From NCBI GenBank assembly GCA_035703895.1, contig DASSXJ010000172.1, positions 1 through 61,932 of the forward strand: a DNA stretch of 61,932 nt, written 5' to 3'. The stretch comes from a bacterium (lineage in GTDB: Bacteria > Sysuimicrobiota > Sysuimicrobiia > Sysuimicrobiales > Segetimicrobiaceae). The notes under the pieces were generated by a model. The model made no database searches. It was not told the DNA's origin and saw only the letters and a program-made list of their open reading frames with translations. Made by a program: the position numbers and the translations under genes. Shown one piece after another: positions 27,306 to 37,840 of this stretch (positions within the stretch are counted from its first letter, which is position 1; each line of letters begins with the position of its first letter).

Positions 27306-27775
27306 TCGCGCTCCCCTGGGCATTCTTCGCCGCGGGGCTCGGGGGACTCGCAGCGGGTCAAGTCGTGGGGTGGGTGGTGACGAGGGGTATCCCCCCCGGC
27401 GGTGAGCGGGTGATTGTGCCCGGCGTCTTGTCGCTCGTCGTGTTGCACAATCAGGGTATCGCCTTCGGGCTGCTTGGCCGGCTGTCGCCCGCGGTCACCG
27501 TGGCGCTTGCCTTGACCGTGCTCCTGGCCCTCTTCTACAATAAGGGCGCCTGGCCCGGGGGGCTCGCCGAGCAGTGGGGGTATGGATTGATGGTCGGCGG
27601 GGCGCTCGGGAACGTCGCGGACCGTCTTCGCTTCGGCTATGTGGTAGACTACCTCGACGTCCATGTCTGGCCCGTGTTCAACCTGGCAGACGCCGCCATC
27701 GTCGTGGGGGCCGGTGTGCTGGCCGCTGCCTCGCTCGCGCGCCGGCACCGGGGAGATTCGGAGGTGAGGCGTTGA
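27302..27775 (+). CDS. lspA: Lipoprotein signal peptidase (signal peptidase II)
   Basis: GTGA overlap. VLHNQGIAFGLLG, VDYLDV and FNLADAAIVVG motifs. Confidence 0.9.
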   Translation: MIALPWAFFAAGLGGLAAGQVVGWVVTRGIPPGGERVIVPGVLSLVVLHNQGIAFGLLGRLSPAVTVALALTVLLALFYNKGAWPGGLAEQWGYGLMVGGALGNVADRLRFGYVVDYLDVHVWPVFNLADAAIVVGAGVLAAASLARRHRGDSEVRR

Positions 27776-28590
27776 AGCCGGTGCTGTTCCAAGTGCCGAC
27801 TCCGTTTGGGACGTTTCCCGTGTCCTCGTTCGGCATCTTCCTCTTGCTGGCGTTCGTGGCGGCCATCATGGTGACCCGCGCGCGCACGAGCCGGCTGGGT
27901 TGGGATCCGGGGGAAGTGGTCGACCTCTCGCTCTACGCCATCATCGGGGGAATCGTCGGCGCCCGGATCGGCTACGTTCTGGTGAACTTGAAAGACTTCG
28001 TCGCCGTCCCCGGCCGGGTCCTGATGATTTGGGTCGACGCCGGGCTCACGTTCTATGGTGCGGTGGTCGGCGGGGCGCTCGTGGCGTGGGTCTACGGCCG
28101 GCAGCGCGGGTGGCGCCTCGGGCAGATCGCCGACGCCGCCGCGCCGGGCCTGGCTCTCGGCTACGCGATCGCGATGATCGGCGCACTTCTGTACGGTCTC
28201 AATTATGGGCGCCCGGCGAGCGTGCCGTGGGCTGTGACACTGTTTGGCGAACCCCGACATCCCACGCAGCTCTACTTGATGGTTGCGGCGCTGGCCGTGT
28301 TCGCTATCCTGCTGGCGGCCGACCGCGGTACCCAGGGGACCGGGCGCCTCTTCTGGTTGTGCATCCTGTTGCTGGCGGTCGCGCGCTTTGGGATCGAGTT
28401 TTTCATGGACAGCGCCCGCATCTTCGGCCGGCTGACCCTGGCGCAGGTGGTCAACCTCCTTGTCGCCGCGCTCGCTGCGGCGATGTGGCTGACCAGAGGC
28501 CGGGGTGTCCCCGCGGGCGATGCGGAGGCCCCTCCGCCTGCCGGCGCCGAGGTGATGGTCCCGCCGGACGCCGGTGGGTCCCGAAGCTGA
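27772..28590 (+). CDS. lgt: Prolipoprotein diacylglyceryl transferase
   Basis: TTGA overlap with lspA. FPVSSFGIFLLLAF, GGIVGARIGYV, HPTQLY and ARFGIEFF motifs. Confidence 0.87.
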   Translation: MKPVLFQVPTPFGTFPVSSFGIFLLLAFVAAIMVTRARTSRLGWDPGEVVDLSLYAIIGGIVGARIGYVLVNLKDFVAVPGRVLMIWVDAGLTFYGAVVGGALVAWVYGRQRGWRLGQIADAAAPGLALGYAIAMIGALLYGLNYGRPASVPWAVTLFGEPRHPTQLYLMVAALAVFAILLAADRGTQGTGRLFWLCILLLAVARFGIEFFMDSARIFGRLTLAQVVNLLVAALAAAMWLTRGRGVPAGDAEAPPPAGAEVMVPPDAGGSRS

Positions 28591-29557
28591 TTCGCAGGAT
28601 GAGGTCCTGACCTTCGAGGCGGCGGCCGCGGATCGCGGCCGCCGCCTCGACATTGTCGTCGCCGAGCGGTGTCCGCGCTATTCGCGGTCCCGCGTCGCGC
28701 TGCTCGCCGGCCGCGGGCAGGTGCTGGTCGACGATGCGCCGCGGAAGCCTGCGTTCCGGCTCCGTTCGGGACATCGGGTTCAGGTGCTGGGGCCGCCGTC
28801 GGACCCGGTGTCCGTTGCTGCCGAGGCGATTCCCCTTCTGGTGGTACACGAAGATGCCGATGTCCTCGTCGTCAACAAGCCTGCCGGTCTGACCGTGCAC
28901 CCCGCGCCCGGACATCCGAGCGGCACCCTGGTGAACGCCGTGCTGGCCCGGGTCCCCAATCTCTCGGGGATCGCCGGGCCGCTCCGCCCGGGGATCGTCC
29001 ACCGCCTGGACAAGGATACGTCCGGCCTGATCGTGGTGGCGAAGACGGACGCCGCCTACCGGTCGCTCGCCGCGCAGGTTCGTGCCCACACCGCCACGCG
29101 CGTGTATCTCGCGCTCGTGCGTGGGACCGTTCGCAGAGATGCCGGAGCGATCGCGGCCCCGATCGGGCGGCATCCCACCTACCGGACGCGCATGGCGGTC
29201 GTGCCGCACGGCCGTCCCGCGGTGACGCACTTTGCCGTCCTCGAGCGGCTTCCGGGATCGACGTTGCTTGAGGTCCGGCTGGAGACCGGGCGGACACACC
29301 AGATCCGCGTCCACCTCCTCCACATCGGGCATCCGATTCTGGGGGATCCCATCTACGGCGGCGCCCGTGCGGTGGGAATGGAGCGACAGGCGCTTCACGC
29401 GGCCCGGTTGGAGTTTACCCACCCTCGGACCGGGGCGCGCGTCGCCTACACCGCCCCGGTGCCTGAGGATTTTGCCGGACTGCTTGCGCACCTGCGTGCG
29501 CTCGGACCCAACGGGGCGGCGGGCGGCAGGGCACGCTCGAAAAAGGGCGAAGTGTAG
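28574..29557 (+). CDS. rluD: RluA-family 23S rRNA pseudouridine synthase (RluD-like, with S4 domain)
   Basis: S4-like N-terminus, HRLDKDTSGLIVVAKT and TGRTHQIRVH. Confidence 0.9.
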   Translation: MGPEADSQDEVLTFEAAAADRGRRLDIVVAERCPRYSRSRVALLAGRGQVLVDDAPRKPAFRLRSGHRVQVLGPPSDPVSVAAEAIPLLVVHEDADVLVVNKPAGLTVHPAPGHPSGTLVNAVLARVPNLSGIAGPLRPGIVHRLDKDTSGLIVVAKTDAAYRSLAAQVRAHTATRVYLALVRGTVRRDAGAIAAPIGRHPTYRTRMAVVPHGRPAVTHFAVLERLPGSTLLEVRLETGRTHQIRVHLLHIGHPILGDPIYGGARAVGMERQALHAARLEFTHPRTGARVAYTAPVPEDFAGLLAHLRALGPNGAAGGRARSKKGEV

Positions 29558-30145
<588 letters not shown>

Positions 30146-30147
30146 CG

Positions 30148-31887
30148 TCACCGCCCGGAGCGCATACGTTCGCCGGTCGGAATCGCAGGCGGGAGGGCGG
30201 GAGAGACGAGCAGGGTGCGCTCCCCCATATAGGTGACGGCACCGGGCGGAGCCCCCCGGAGCTTCCGCACGTGCTTGCGCTCGATGGCGTCGACCGCCAC
30301 CTGTCCTGACTCCCGGCCCGCGCTGTAGTACGCCGCGGTCTGGGCTGCGGCCTGGATGTCCGCCTCGGAGGGCCGGCCGTCGCTTTTCAGGATGACGTGG
30401 GCGCCCGCGACCCCCCGCGCGTGCAGCCAGATGTCCTCCGGCCCGGCCTCGTGGAACGTGATCCGATCGTTCTCCCGCGCGCTGCGGCCGACGAGGATCA
30501 CCGCCCCGTCGGCCGCACGAAACCGGCGAGGCCCGGCACGCGCGGCCGGCCGGCCGCGCGGCGCGCGTCCTGCCAGGCCGGCGGCGGCCAGATCCGATTG
30601 AATCTCCCAGAGGTCGTCCGAAGACGCGGCGCCGTCGATCTGGACAAGGGCATCCCGCAGCGCCCGCGTCTCCGCCTCGAGCTGAGCGATCCGGGCCGGG
30701 AGCGCCCGGCCCGTCGCCCGAGCTTTCGCGTACCGCCGGAAGTATTGCTGCGCGTTCTCGCTCGGCGTGAGCGCCGGATCGAGGGGGATCGTGACGTCGT
30801 CGCCGCCGCTGGTGTAATCGGGGACGCGAAGATGCTGATCGCGCGGCTTCACCTGGCGCGCGTGGGTCAAGATTAGGTCGCCCATCACCCGGTAGCGATC
30901 GCCGGCCCGGCTCTCCTCGAGGGTCCGATGACTCGCCTCGAGGGCGGCCTCCCGCCGGGCGAGCGCCGCCTTAACCGTCCCGGCCAGCGTGCTCCGCCGT
31001 TCCGCCAGCAGCGCCGTGGCCGGCTCTTGGTCGAAATATCGATCGATCGCTTCGCTCATCGTGGGAGATGGTTGTGCGATCGAGCCCTCGTGCACGCGCA
31101 TGGGGAACGCGGCGAAGGCGACGACCCGTGACCCATCGACATAGAGCGTCGGCGAGAAGGCGCCATCGGCGACCATCGTGGTGATCGCCCGCAGTCCCTC
31201 ACCGATGCGGCCGGCGGATTCGACGGCGTCCGCGGCCGGGGTGGCGGGATCGACCCCCGCCCGCATCGCGATTTCCTGTGCGAGCAGAGGGCTCACGCCG
31301 AGGAGCGCCTGCGAGAGCCGCCGTTCGAGCGGGAGGGGACTGCGGAGGATGTTGCGGAGGCCCTCGGCATCGAGCGTTTCCGGGGTGGGACGGTCGGCGG
31401 GCGGCGGGACATAGGCACGGCCAGGCAGCACCGGGCGCCGCGCGGACATCTGCGCCGTGACAACCTTGAGCGCGCCGAGGACCACGCGCTCGTCGGCGAG
31501 GATCAGGTTGCTGTGCCGGCCCATCAGTTCCGCGATGAGCCAGAGGCGGCCCTCGAGGGCGTCGAAGCCCAAGCGCAGCAGGCGGTTGAACGGCGGTTGC
31601 TCCACCGCATCCAGGCGCGCCTCCGTGAGCCGGCTGCGGAGGAGCATCCCGAACTGGCCCAACCGTTCGGCCGTCTGCGGCCGTGCGGCGAAATGCACCC
31701 GCGCCGTTCGGGGATGAATGCTGACGAGGAGGTGGTGCACGATCCCAGCGCGGAGGCTCACCACGACGGTATCCGGAGCCGGCTGGCGGACTCCGGCGAA
31801 GCGCGCCCGCCCGAGCGCGCGGATCTCCCGCGCGACCGCGGCGAGGGTGAGGCTATCGAAGAGCGCTTCCGCGCGCTGCATCACCAT
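30148..31887 (-). CDS. rqcH: NFACT-family ribosome quality control protein RqcH (FbpA/YloA-like)
   Basis: NFACT-N start (FDSLTLAAVAREI..), central coiled-coil, and a DUF814-like DIWLHARGVAGAHVILK. Its stop lies 2 nt from the pyrR stop (convergent). Confidence 0.85.
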   Translation of the reverse strand: MVMQRAEALFDSLTLAAVAREIRALGRARFAGVRQPAPDTVVVSLRAGIVHHLLVSIHPRTARVHFAARPQTAERLGQFGMLLRSRLTEARLDAVEQPPFNRLLRLGFDALEGRLWLIAELMGRHSNLILADERVVLGALKVVTAQMSARRPVLPGRAYVPPPADRPTPETLDAEGLRNILRSPLPLERRLSQALLGVSPLLAQEIAMRAGVDPATPAADAVESAGRIGEGLRAITTMVADGAFSPTLYVDGSRVVAFAAFPMRVHEGSIAQPSPTMSEAIDRYFDQEPATALLAERRSTLAGTVKAALARREAALEASHRTLEESRAGDRYRVMGDLILTHARQVKPRDQHLRVPDYTSGGDDVTIPLDPALTPSENAQQYFRRYAKARATGRALPARIAQLEAETRALRDALVQIDGAASSDDLWEIQSDLAAAGLAGRAPRGRPAARAGPRRFRAADGAVILVGRSARENDRITFHEAGPEDIWLHARGVAGAHVILKSDGRPSEADIQAAAQTAAYYSAGRESGQVAVDAIERKHVRKLRGAPPGAVTYMGERTLLVSPALPPAIPTGERMRSGR

Positions 31888-32045
31888 GGGTCCGCCAATT
31901 CGTCCTGTCTCTTCGGTCGAAGCTTCCCGTCTATTATGCAGGAACTCCGGGGCCTCTGTCTTGATCTACACGGACTGCCGCATGGCGATTGTGGGCACAT
32001 GCTTTGTGTGGATACCAAGGTTTGGCCGATCGAGGGAGGACAGTC

Positions 32046-32531
32046 ATGCGTAGACGAATGCACGCCCTGTGCTCTGCGTTGGTCCTGGTCTTCTTCCTGA
32101 CATCCGGTGCCGGAGCCGGGCCCAAATGGTCAACCGACGATCACCACGGCAAGAGCTTTGCGCGCGAGCGGGGTGAGCTCTTCTGCCCGGCCGCTCCACT
32201 GGCTCCACTTGTGCGTGGGGGCATCATCATCCCCGCCGGACGATGCTACGTGCTCTCCGTGTTGAGAGATGATCGGGGAACATATCTCGCGTTCGTGCCT
32301 CCCGACGCACACATTCCCCCCGGACAACTGGTCCGCCTCAACACGCCGGCCGGCCCGAAACTGAAGGGCCGCATGTTTCTCGTGCCCATCCAGGCCGCAG
32401 CGGTGCTGGTGCCGGTCAACACGGTGACGCTCGTGGCAACGCGCATTGAAGATACCGGCCCGCGCCTGGCGATTACGCTGGTAGGGACGCCGGTCCCCAA
32501 CCTGACCGTGATATTTAGCGTCCAGTTGTAG
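32046..32531 (+). CDS. Hypothetical secreted protein (161 aa)
   Basis: ATG with GAGGGAGGA upstream and a signal peptide (MRRRMHALCSALVLVFFLTSGAGA). I recognise no family. Confidence 0.55.
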   Translation: MRRRMHALCSALVLVFFLTSGAGAGPKWSTDDHHGKSFARERGELFCPAAPLAPLVRGGIIIPAGRCYVLSVLRDDRGTYLAFVPPDAHIPPGQLVRLNTPAGPKLKGRMFLVPIQAAAVLVPVNTVTLVATRIEDTGPRLAITLVGTPVPNLTVIFSVQL

Positions 32532-32671
32532 GGCGGTTCGGCGGCGGAACACGCCGGTTCATGAACAGTTTCGCGTAAGATGCGGAATCATTCGAATGGA
32601 TGAGGATCGAACGATGCATTTCTGGGTACATCATTTATGAAGACGCGCCATAGTTGGCGAAGCGAGGTGGT

Positions 32672-33301
32672 ATGATGCGGTATCTTCTCCTTGCCACGTT
32701 ACTCGTGGCGAGCTTCCCAGCACTAGGCTCTGCATTACCTGCGGTGCAGTCTGGAGCGCTGTCCTATTCACTCAGCGGCCCTCCCACCACCAGCACCTCG
32801 ACGTCCTTCAACGCGACGATCGGCGGAGTCCAAGGGACCATCAAGACGACCGCCTCGGCGCCCACGACCACGACCACGACAACCGGAACCACGACGACAA
32901 CGACGACCACTCCGTCCACCGGCGGAATCTGGACGATGACCGTGGCCGGTCAAACGTTTGCGTCGGGGAAATACTCGTGCGGCGGCGGATCGTGCTCCTT
33001 CACCGGCTCGACCTTGGCCGGGAAGAACCTCTCGTTCTCCATGACGGGCACGAGCGGGACATTGTCCGGTCTCTTCGCCAACCACGGAGGGTGGGTGTCA
33101 ACCGTTGCTGGGTGGGCCCACAACCTCAGCGCTGGAACCAAGGGAGGGGTTGTTTCCCAGGCCGCGGGTGGCAAGGGACACGACCCTTTGCATGACCCAT
33201 CGCATGGCTCGGCGCAAAGCGCCTCAAACGTGAGCCAGGGTGGAGGCGGCACGAACGGGGGCGGCGCCGAACACGGGGGCGGCCAAGGTCACAACAAATA
33301 G
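32672..33301 (+). CDS. Hypothetical secreted protein with a poly-Thr linker and a Gly/His-rich tail
   Basis: Signal peptide MMRYLLLATLLVASFPALGSA, TTTTTTTGTTTTTTTTPS tract, C-terminal HDPLHDPSHG...GGAEHGGGQGHNK. Followed by a strong terminator. Confidence 0.6.
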   Translation: MMRYLLLATLLVASFPALGSALPAVQSGALSYSLSGPPTTSTSTSFNATIGGVQGTIKTTASAPTTTTTTTGTTTTTTTTPSTGGIWTMTVAGQTFASGKYSCGGGSCSFTGSTLAGKNLSFSMTGTSGTLSGLFANHGGWVSTVAGWAHNLSAGTKGGVVSQAAGGKGHDPLHDPSHGSAQSASNVSQGGGGTNGGGAEHGGGQGHNK

Positions 33302-33321
33302 CACATAAGACCTTCGCGGTA

Positions 33322-33357
33322 GGGGGGCAGGAGAGGTTCCTGCCCCCTCTTTTTTTA
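33322..33357 (+). terminator. Rho-independent terminator
   Basis: 9-bp GC stem (33323-33331 / 33339-33347), 7-nt loop, then tcttttttta. This is the cleanest terminator in the window. Confidence 0.85.
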
Positions 33358-33399
33358 TAGAGGGGTCTGTCCACGCGGTGGCCGTCCACTCCGCTTGAT

Positions 33400-36111
33400 A
33401 TGATGGCTGGCGTGGATTGGCACGCGATGGCCGTCGACGACGTCGCGCGCGCGGTCGACACCGACGTCGCGCACGGCCTGACCGCTGCCGAAGCGCGCGA
33501 CCGGCTCGACCGCACGGGGCCGAACCGGCTCCCCGCGCCTTCCCCCCGGTCATGGGGGTCCCGGCTCGGTACGCAGGCGCGCGAGTTCTTTGTCGTCCTC
33601 TTGACGGTCGCCGCCCTCGTCTCATGGCTGCTGGGCCAACGGCTCGACGCCTCCGCGATTCTTCTCATCGTCATCCTGAACGTCGTCCTCGGCACGGTCC
33701 AGGAGGCCAGAGCCGAGCAGGCGCTCGCCGCATTGCGGAAACTCGCCGCCCCTCGGGCCGAAGTCCTGAGAGGCGGGATCCCGCTGACGATTGCGGCGGA
33801 GGCGCTCGTGCCCGGCGACGTCGTGATCTTGACCGCCGGAGCGCGCGTGCCGGCCGACCTCCGGCTCGTCACGGCGCATGCGCTCGCCGTTGATGAGTCG
33901 CTCCTGACTGGGGAATCCCTGCCGGTCGGCAAGGTCGAAACGCCGGTTCCGCCCGGGGCGCCGCTTGCCGAGCGTCACGATCTCGTGTTCCTCGGCACGG
34001 CGGTCGTCGGCGGCCGGGGACGAGGTATCGTGGTCGGCACAGCCGGAAGCACGGAGCTCGGCGCCCTCGCGAAATTCCTCGAGACGGCACCCCCGAAGGA
34101 GACCCCGCTGACCGCGCGCCTGGCATCGCTGGGCCAATCGGTGGGCGCGGTCGCGTTTGGCGTCTGCGTCCTGGTCTTCGCAGCCGGCGTAGCCCGGGGG
34201 CGACCCGTGTTCGAGATGTTCCTCGTGGCCACCAGCCTCGCCGTCGCGGCGGTTCCGGAGGGCCTCCCCGCCGCGGTCACGATAGCCCTCGCCCTCGGTG
34301 TGCAGCGAATGGCCAGGCAGCGGGCCATCGTTCGCCGCCTTCCCGCGGTCGAGACGCTCGGGAGTGTCACGGTGGTGTGCACGGACAAGACGGGGACCCT
34401 CACGCTCAACGAACTCGCGGTCCGCCGGATCGATGTGGCGGGGCGCGTGGTTGAGTTGAGCGGGGCGGGGTACGCCCCGACCGGGGAGTTTCTGGTGGGC
34501 GGCGCTCCCGTCCAGGCGGCCGCGGTCCCGGGGTTGCGGGCACTGCTCGAGGCAGCCGTTCTCAGTAGCGATGGAGGCGTGGTCCGGGAGGACGGGCGGT
34601 GGCGTCCGTACGGAGATCCACTGGAAGCGGCGTTCGTCGCCGCCGCGATGAAGGCCGGGCTCGCGCCGCAGACGATTCGGGAGGCCGCCCCGCGCGTGGG
34701 CGAAGTGCCGTTTACGCCCCAGCGCAAGCGTTCGCTCACCGTGCACCGGGTCGGGGATGGGCTGGTCGTGTACGTGAAAGGAGCCGTGGAGAGCGTGGTC
34801 CCGATGTGCACCGTCTGGGAGGGCCCCGCGGGTGCCGAGGTCCTCGACGGTCGAATCAGAGAGGCCGTCCTCTCCCGCGGCGCCGCGATGGCGGCAGAGG
34901 GGATGCGCGTCGTCGCCATCGCCCGGCGCGCGCAGGTGCGGATCGATGAGGGGGCGCTCGCGTCGCCCGCGGCCGTCGACACGATCGAGCGCGACGCGGT
35001 GCTCCTCGGTCTGATCGGGCTCGCCGATCCGGTCCGGCCCGAGGTCGCGATGGCGATCGCCGAGGCCCGCGGGGCCGGCGTTCGCCCCGTGATGATCACC
35101 GGAGATCATCCGCGGACCGCCATCGCCGTCGCGCGAGAGGTGGGCCTCGACGACGCCGGACGGGTCCTGAGCGGGGCCGACCTCGACGGCCTCTCAGATC
35201 GCGCGCTCGAGGACGTCGTGGAGTCATGCAGCGTGTTCGCGCGGACGACGCCCGAGCACAAGGTCCGGATTCTGCGCGCGCTCAAGGCTGGAGGGCAGCT
35301 GGTGGCGATGACGGGGGACGGGGCCAACGACGCCCCGGCCCTGGCGCAGGCGGACGTCGGCATTGCGATGGGGAGGGGGGGAACGGACGTGGCCCGCGAG
35401 GCCGCGGATGTGGTCCTGACCGATGACAACTTCGCCACGATCGTGGCGGCGATCCGTGAAGGGCGCACCATCTTTGAGAATATTCGAAAGTTTGTGTTGT
35501 TCGTGCTGGCGAGCAACATAGGGGAGGTGGCCGTCGTCCTGGGAGCCACGCTGGCCGCGCCGTCTGCGGTGCTCACGCCGATCCAGATCCTCTGGATCAA
35601 CCTCGTCACCGACGGCCTCCCGTCCGCGGCGATCGCCGTCGACCCGCAGGCGCCCGATGTCATGGCGCGCCGCCCGCCCCCCGTCGCTGCGGCCCCCTTG
35701 GCATCCGGCGGGCTTGCATTTCTCGTCACCTTCGGCCTGGTGATCGCGGGGGCGTGCTTCGGCGCCTACCTGTGGGGCGCTGCGCATGGCGAGGCGCCCG
35801 CACAGCGCCGCACGATGATGTTCCTGACGCTGAGCCTCAGTCAGCTGTTGTTTGCGTTCGCCTGCCGCTCACCCCGCCGGTCGGGGCTGGGGCGCGAGTT
35901 CGTGCGAAATCCGTGGCTCCTCGGGGCGGTGTCGCTGTCCGTCGTCCTCCAGCTCCTAGTCGTGACCTTGCCCGGGGTGCGCGTGGTCTTTTCGGCCTCC
36001 CCTCTCGGAGGAGGAGATTGGGCGGCAGTCGCCGGACTTTCAAGTGTGCCCATTGTGACCTCCGAGGTCTACAAGTACCTCGGCCGGATCCGGGAGCGGC
36101 GATCGTGTTGA
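33400..36111 (+). CDS. P-type cation-transporting ATPase (type II, Ca2+-ATPase / YloB-like)
   Basis: TGES, CTDKTGTLT, MITGDHP and TGDGANDAPAL motifs with about 10 TM segments. Confidence 0.92.
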   Translation: MMAGVDWHAMAVDDVARAVDTDVAHGLTAAEARDRLDRTGPNRLPAPSPRSWGSRLGTQAREFFVVLLTVAALVSWLLGQRLDASAILLIVILNVVLGTVQEARAEQALAALRKLAAPRAEVLRGGIPLTIAAEALVPGDVVILTAGARVPADLRLVTAHALAVDESLLTGESLPVGKVETPVPPGAPLAERHDLVFLGTAVVGGRGRGIVVGTAGSTELGALAKFLETAPPKETPLTARLASLGQSVGAVAFGVCVLVFAAGVARGRPVFEMFLVATSLAVAAVPEGLPAAVTIALALGVQRMARQRAIVRRLPAVETLGSVTVVCTDKTGTLTLNELAVRRIDVAGRVVELSGAGYAPTGEFLVGGAPVQAAAVPGLRALLEAAVLSSDGGVVREDGRWRPYGDPLEAAFVAAAMKAGLAPQTIREAAPRVGEVPFTPQRKRSLTVHRVGDGLVVYVKGAVESVVPMCTVWEGPAGAEVLDGRIREAVLSRGAAMAAEGMRVVAIARRAQVRIDEGALASPAAVDTIERDAVLLGLIGLADPVRPEVAMAIAEARGAGVRPVMITGDHPRTAIAVAREVGLDDAGRVLSGADLDGLSDRALEDVVESCSVFARTTPEHKVRILRALKAGGQLVAMTGDGANDAPALAQADVGIAMGRGGTDVAREAADVVLTDDNFATIVAAIREGRTIFENIRKFVLFVLASNIGEVAVVLGATLAAPSAVLTPIQILWINLVTDGLPSAAIAVDPQAPDVMARRPPPVAAAPLASGGLAFLVTFGLVIAGACFGAYLWGAAHGEAPAQRRTMMFLTLSLSQLLFAFACRSPRRSGLGREFVRNPWLLGAVSLSVVLQLLVVTLPGVRVVFSASPLGGGDWAAVAGLSSVPIVTSEVYKYLGRIRERRSC

Positions 36112-36983
36112 GGAGCATGACCGGATTTGGCGCCGGCGACTTGGCGACCCCGGCCGGCAGGTATGCCGTCGAGGCCCGGTCGCTCAACCACCGGTTCCTC
36201 GAAGTTGTGGTCCGCCTTCCCCGAGATCTGTCCCCCCTCGAAGACCGCATCCGCGCGCTCGTCCAGCGACGAGTCTTGCGCGGCCGGGTCGAGGTTGCTA
36301 TCATAAGAGAAAACTACGGAAAACGGGCGCGAACGGTTAAGATCGACGTAGATTTGGCTAAAACGTTCACCAGCGCCCTGAACGACCTCAAACAGGCTCT
36401 GGAGCTCCCAGGCATCGCTGATTTGTCGATGCTGGTCGGACTCCCCGACCTGATCAAGGTTGAGGAGCAGAAAGAGGATCTCGAAGCGTGCTGGCCACCG
36501 ATCTCCGAGGGGGTCGGGCAGGCGCTGGAACGCTTGGTGGCGATGCGCGAGACGGAAGGGGCTCAGCTGGCTCGGGATCTCGCGGAACGGCTCGATCGCC
36601 TATCCCAGCGGGCCGATGAGATTGAACGGCGGGCTCCCCTGGTCGTCAGAGACTACGCGGGCCGCCTCAAGCGGCGGATCGGGGAGCTCATGGGGACCGT
36701 CCCGGTGGACGAGGGGCGCGTGGCGACGGAGGTGGCGATGTTCGCCGATCGGTGCGACATTGCCGAGGAGGTCACCAGGTTCCGGAGCCACCTGGCGCAG
36801 ATCCGGCAGACCCTCGCCGTCGACGGCGCGATCGGGCGGACGCTCGAGTTTATCGTGCAGGAGTTGGGCCGGGAAGCGAACACGATGGGGAGCAAAGCCA
36901 ACGATCTGGAGATCGCCCGCGCGGTGATCGCGATCAAAGGGGAACTGGAGAGCCTGCGCGAGCAGATCCAGAACGTGGAGTAA
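36105..36983 (+). CDS. yicC: YicC/YloC family endoribonuclease
   Basis: [10 protein letters not shown]-terminus and the C-terminal ..[12 protein letters not shown].. motif. The GTG at 36105 overlaps the ATPase stop; an ATG at 36117 is the alternative. Confidence 0.87.
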   Translation: MLRSMTGFGAGDLATPAGRYAVEARSLNHRFLEVVVRLPRDLSPLEDRIRALVQRRVLRGRVEVAIIRENYGKRARTVKIDVDLAKTFTSALNDLKQALELPGIADLSMLVGLPDLIKVEEQKEDLEACWPPISEGVGQALERLVAMRETEGAQLARDLAERLDRLSQRADEIERRAPLVVRDYAGRLKRRIGELMGTVPVDEGRVATEVAMFADRCDIAEEVTRFRSHLAQIRQTLAVDGAIGRTLEFIVQELGREANTMGSKANDLEIARAVIAIKGELESLREQIQNVE

Positions 36984-36997
36984 GGAGCGCGCTGCCG

Positions 36998-37297
36998 ATG
37001 GAGACGCGGCTCATCAACATCGGGTTCGGGAACATCGTCGCGGCGAATCGGATCATCGCCATCGTAAGCCCGGACTCCGCGCCGATCAAGCGTATCATCC
37101 AAGAGGCCCGCGACAAGGGCATCCTCATCGATGCGACGTACGGCCGTCGAACTCGGGCGGTGGTGATTACCGACAGCGGCCACGTCGTGCTCTCCGCCGT
37201 CCAGCCGGAGACCGTGGCCCACCGCTTCACCAGCAAGGAGATCGTGGAGGAAGACGAAGAGGAAGAGACCGCCGGAGCCGCGGTCGAGTCCCAATGA
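36998..37297 (+). CDS. remA: RemA/YlzA (DUF370) regulatory protein with an acidic tail
   Basis: [50 protein letters not shown] matches RemA. Confidence 0.88.
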   Translation: METRLINIGFGNIVAANRIIAIVSPDSAPIKRIIQEARDKGILIDATYGRRTRAVVITDSGHVVLSAVQPETVAHRFTSKEIVEEDEEEETAGAAVESQ

Positions 37298-37836
37298 TCG
37301 TGACCGTGAGCGGGGAGATCGGCGCCGGCAAGAGCACCGTGGCGAAACACCTCGCGCAGGCCCTCGGCCTCCGTTACCTGTCCGCGGGTGAGATCTTCCG
37401 TGAAGAGGCCAGGCGGCGGGGACTGAGCCTCGCTGAGCTCGGCCGGCTCGCCGAGCAGGATCAAACGATCGATCGCGCGCTGGACAAGATGCAGGTCGAG
37501 GCCGCCCGCGCCGGCGGCGTGCTCATCGACAGCCGCCTCAGCGGATGGGTGATCGACGGGGACCTGCGCGTGTGGCTGCGGGCGCCGCTTCTCGTGCGGG
37601 CGGCGCGGGTGGGGGCGCGGGACGGCACATCGCCGGAAGAAGCGCTGCACGACCTCGAGGCGCGCGAAGAGTGCGAGCGCCGCCGCTACCGCGATATCTA
37701 CCAACTCGATCTCGCCGATCTCAGCCGCTATCATGTCATCGTGGACACCGGCACGTGGAGCGCGCAGGAGATCGTCGATGCGCTGCTGCCGCTGACCCGC
37801 CGGTTCCGCCCTGAGCGACTGGGCTGCCGTTCCTGA
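37294..37836 (+). CDS. P-loop nucleoside monophosphate kinase resembling archaeal-type cytidylate kinase
   Basis: ATGA overlap with rem[38 protein letters not shown]... and ..[14 protein letters not shown].. resemble archaeal-type Cmk from memory. It does not look like Gmk. Confidence 0.72.
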   Translation: MIVTVSGEIGAGKSTVAKHLAQALGLRYLSAGEIFREEARRRGLSLAELGRLAEQDQTIDRALDKMQVEAARAGGVLIDSRLSGWVIDGDLRVWLRAPLLVRAARVGARDGTSPEEALHDLEAREECERRRYRDIYQLDLADLSRYHVIVDTGTWSAQEIVDALLPLTRRFRPERLGCRS

Positions 37837-37840
37837 ACCG

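Noticed and set aside
32864-32913. Repetitive ACG/ACC/ACA tract as a non-coding tandem repeat or CRISPR-like element
   Set aside because: It is in frame within a signal-peptide-bearing ORF and encodes a poly-Thr linker. There is no repeat-spacer organisation.
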